From: Ginglymostoma cirratum
Lineage: Eukaryota
Length of the DNA stretch: 64,000 nucleotides
Direction of reading: 5' to 3'
Assembly: GCA_024137785.1 (NCBI GenBank)
Contig: JAHRHZ010000062.1
Location: forward strand, 27,266,244 to 27,330,243
Below the pieces are notes generated by a model. The model ran no database searches, was not told where the DNA came from, and saw only the letters and a program-made list of their open reading frames with translations. Made by a program: the position numbers and the translations under genes. This document shows, one piece after another, positions 63,798 through 64,000 of the stretch (positions are counted from its first letter, which is position 1; each line of letters begins with the position of its first letter).

Positions 63798-64000
63798 GGG
63801 CAGCACAGTGGCACGGTAGTTAGCACTGCTGTCTGACAGCACCAGGAACCCAGATTTGTTTCCAGCCTTGAGTGACTGTGTGGAGTTTGCATGTTCTCCC
63901 TGTGTCTGTGTGATTTTCTTCTGAGTGCTCTGGGTTTCCTCCTACAGTCCAAAGATGTGCAGGGTGTGTGGACTGGCCATGCTAAATTGCCCCACAGTGT
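63798..64000 (+). mobile_element. HE1-type V-SINE, cut by the window end
   Basis: gggcagcacagtggcacggtagttagcactgctg...gtgtggagtttgcatgttctccc...cagtccaaagatgtgcagg, homologous to 37651-37969. Confidence 0.9.

Overview
This is vertebrate, AT-rich, repeat-dense genomic DNA. The repeat families (HE1-type V-SINE, CR1/HER-type LINEs, Deu-domain SINEs, Penelope tails) point to an elasmobranch, probably a shark; this is inference. The window lies inside the SOX6 gene on the + strand. Two coding exons are clear: 46931-47051 ([40 protein letters not shown]) and 57667-57746 ([27 protein letters not shown]). They have canonical splice sites and compatible phase. Everything else is intron, and none of the listed ORFs is a real stand-alone gene. 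The introns hold decayed CR1 and L2 LINEs, SINEs, several Harbinger transposon relics (transposase plus Myb/SANT gene), a Penelope GIY-YIG relic, a 226-bp solo LTR with a 5-bp TSD, and candidate enhancer-like unique blocks. The most striking signal is more than ten short Penelope-tail-derived elements. Many are palindromic, many carry 10-17 bp TSDs, and they hold a minimal hammerhead-ribozyme core (CTGA-N-GAA-stem-GAAAC-GTC). One intact sense copy sits about 230 nt downstream of a SOX6 donor site. Repeat family names come from recognising the sequence, not from a database search.
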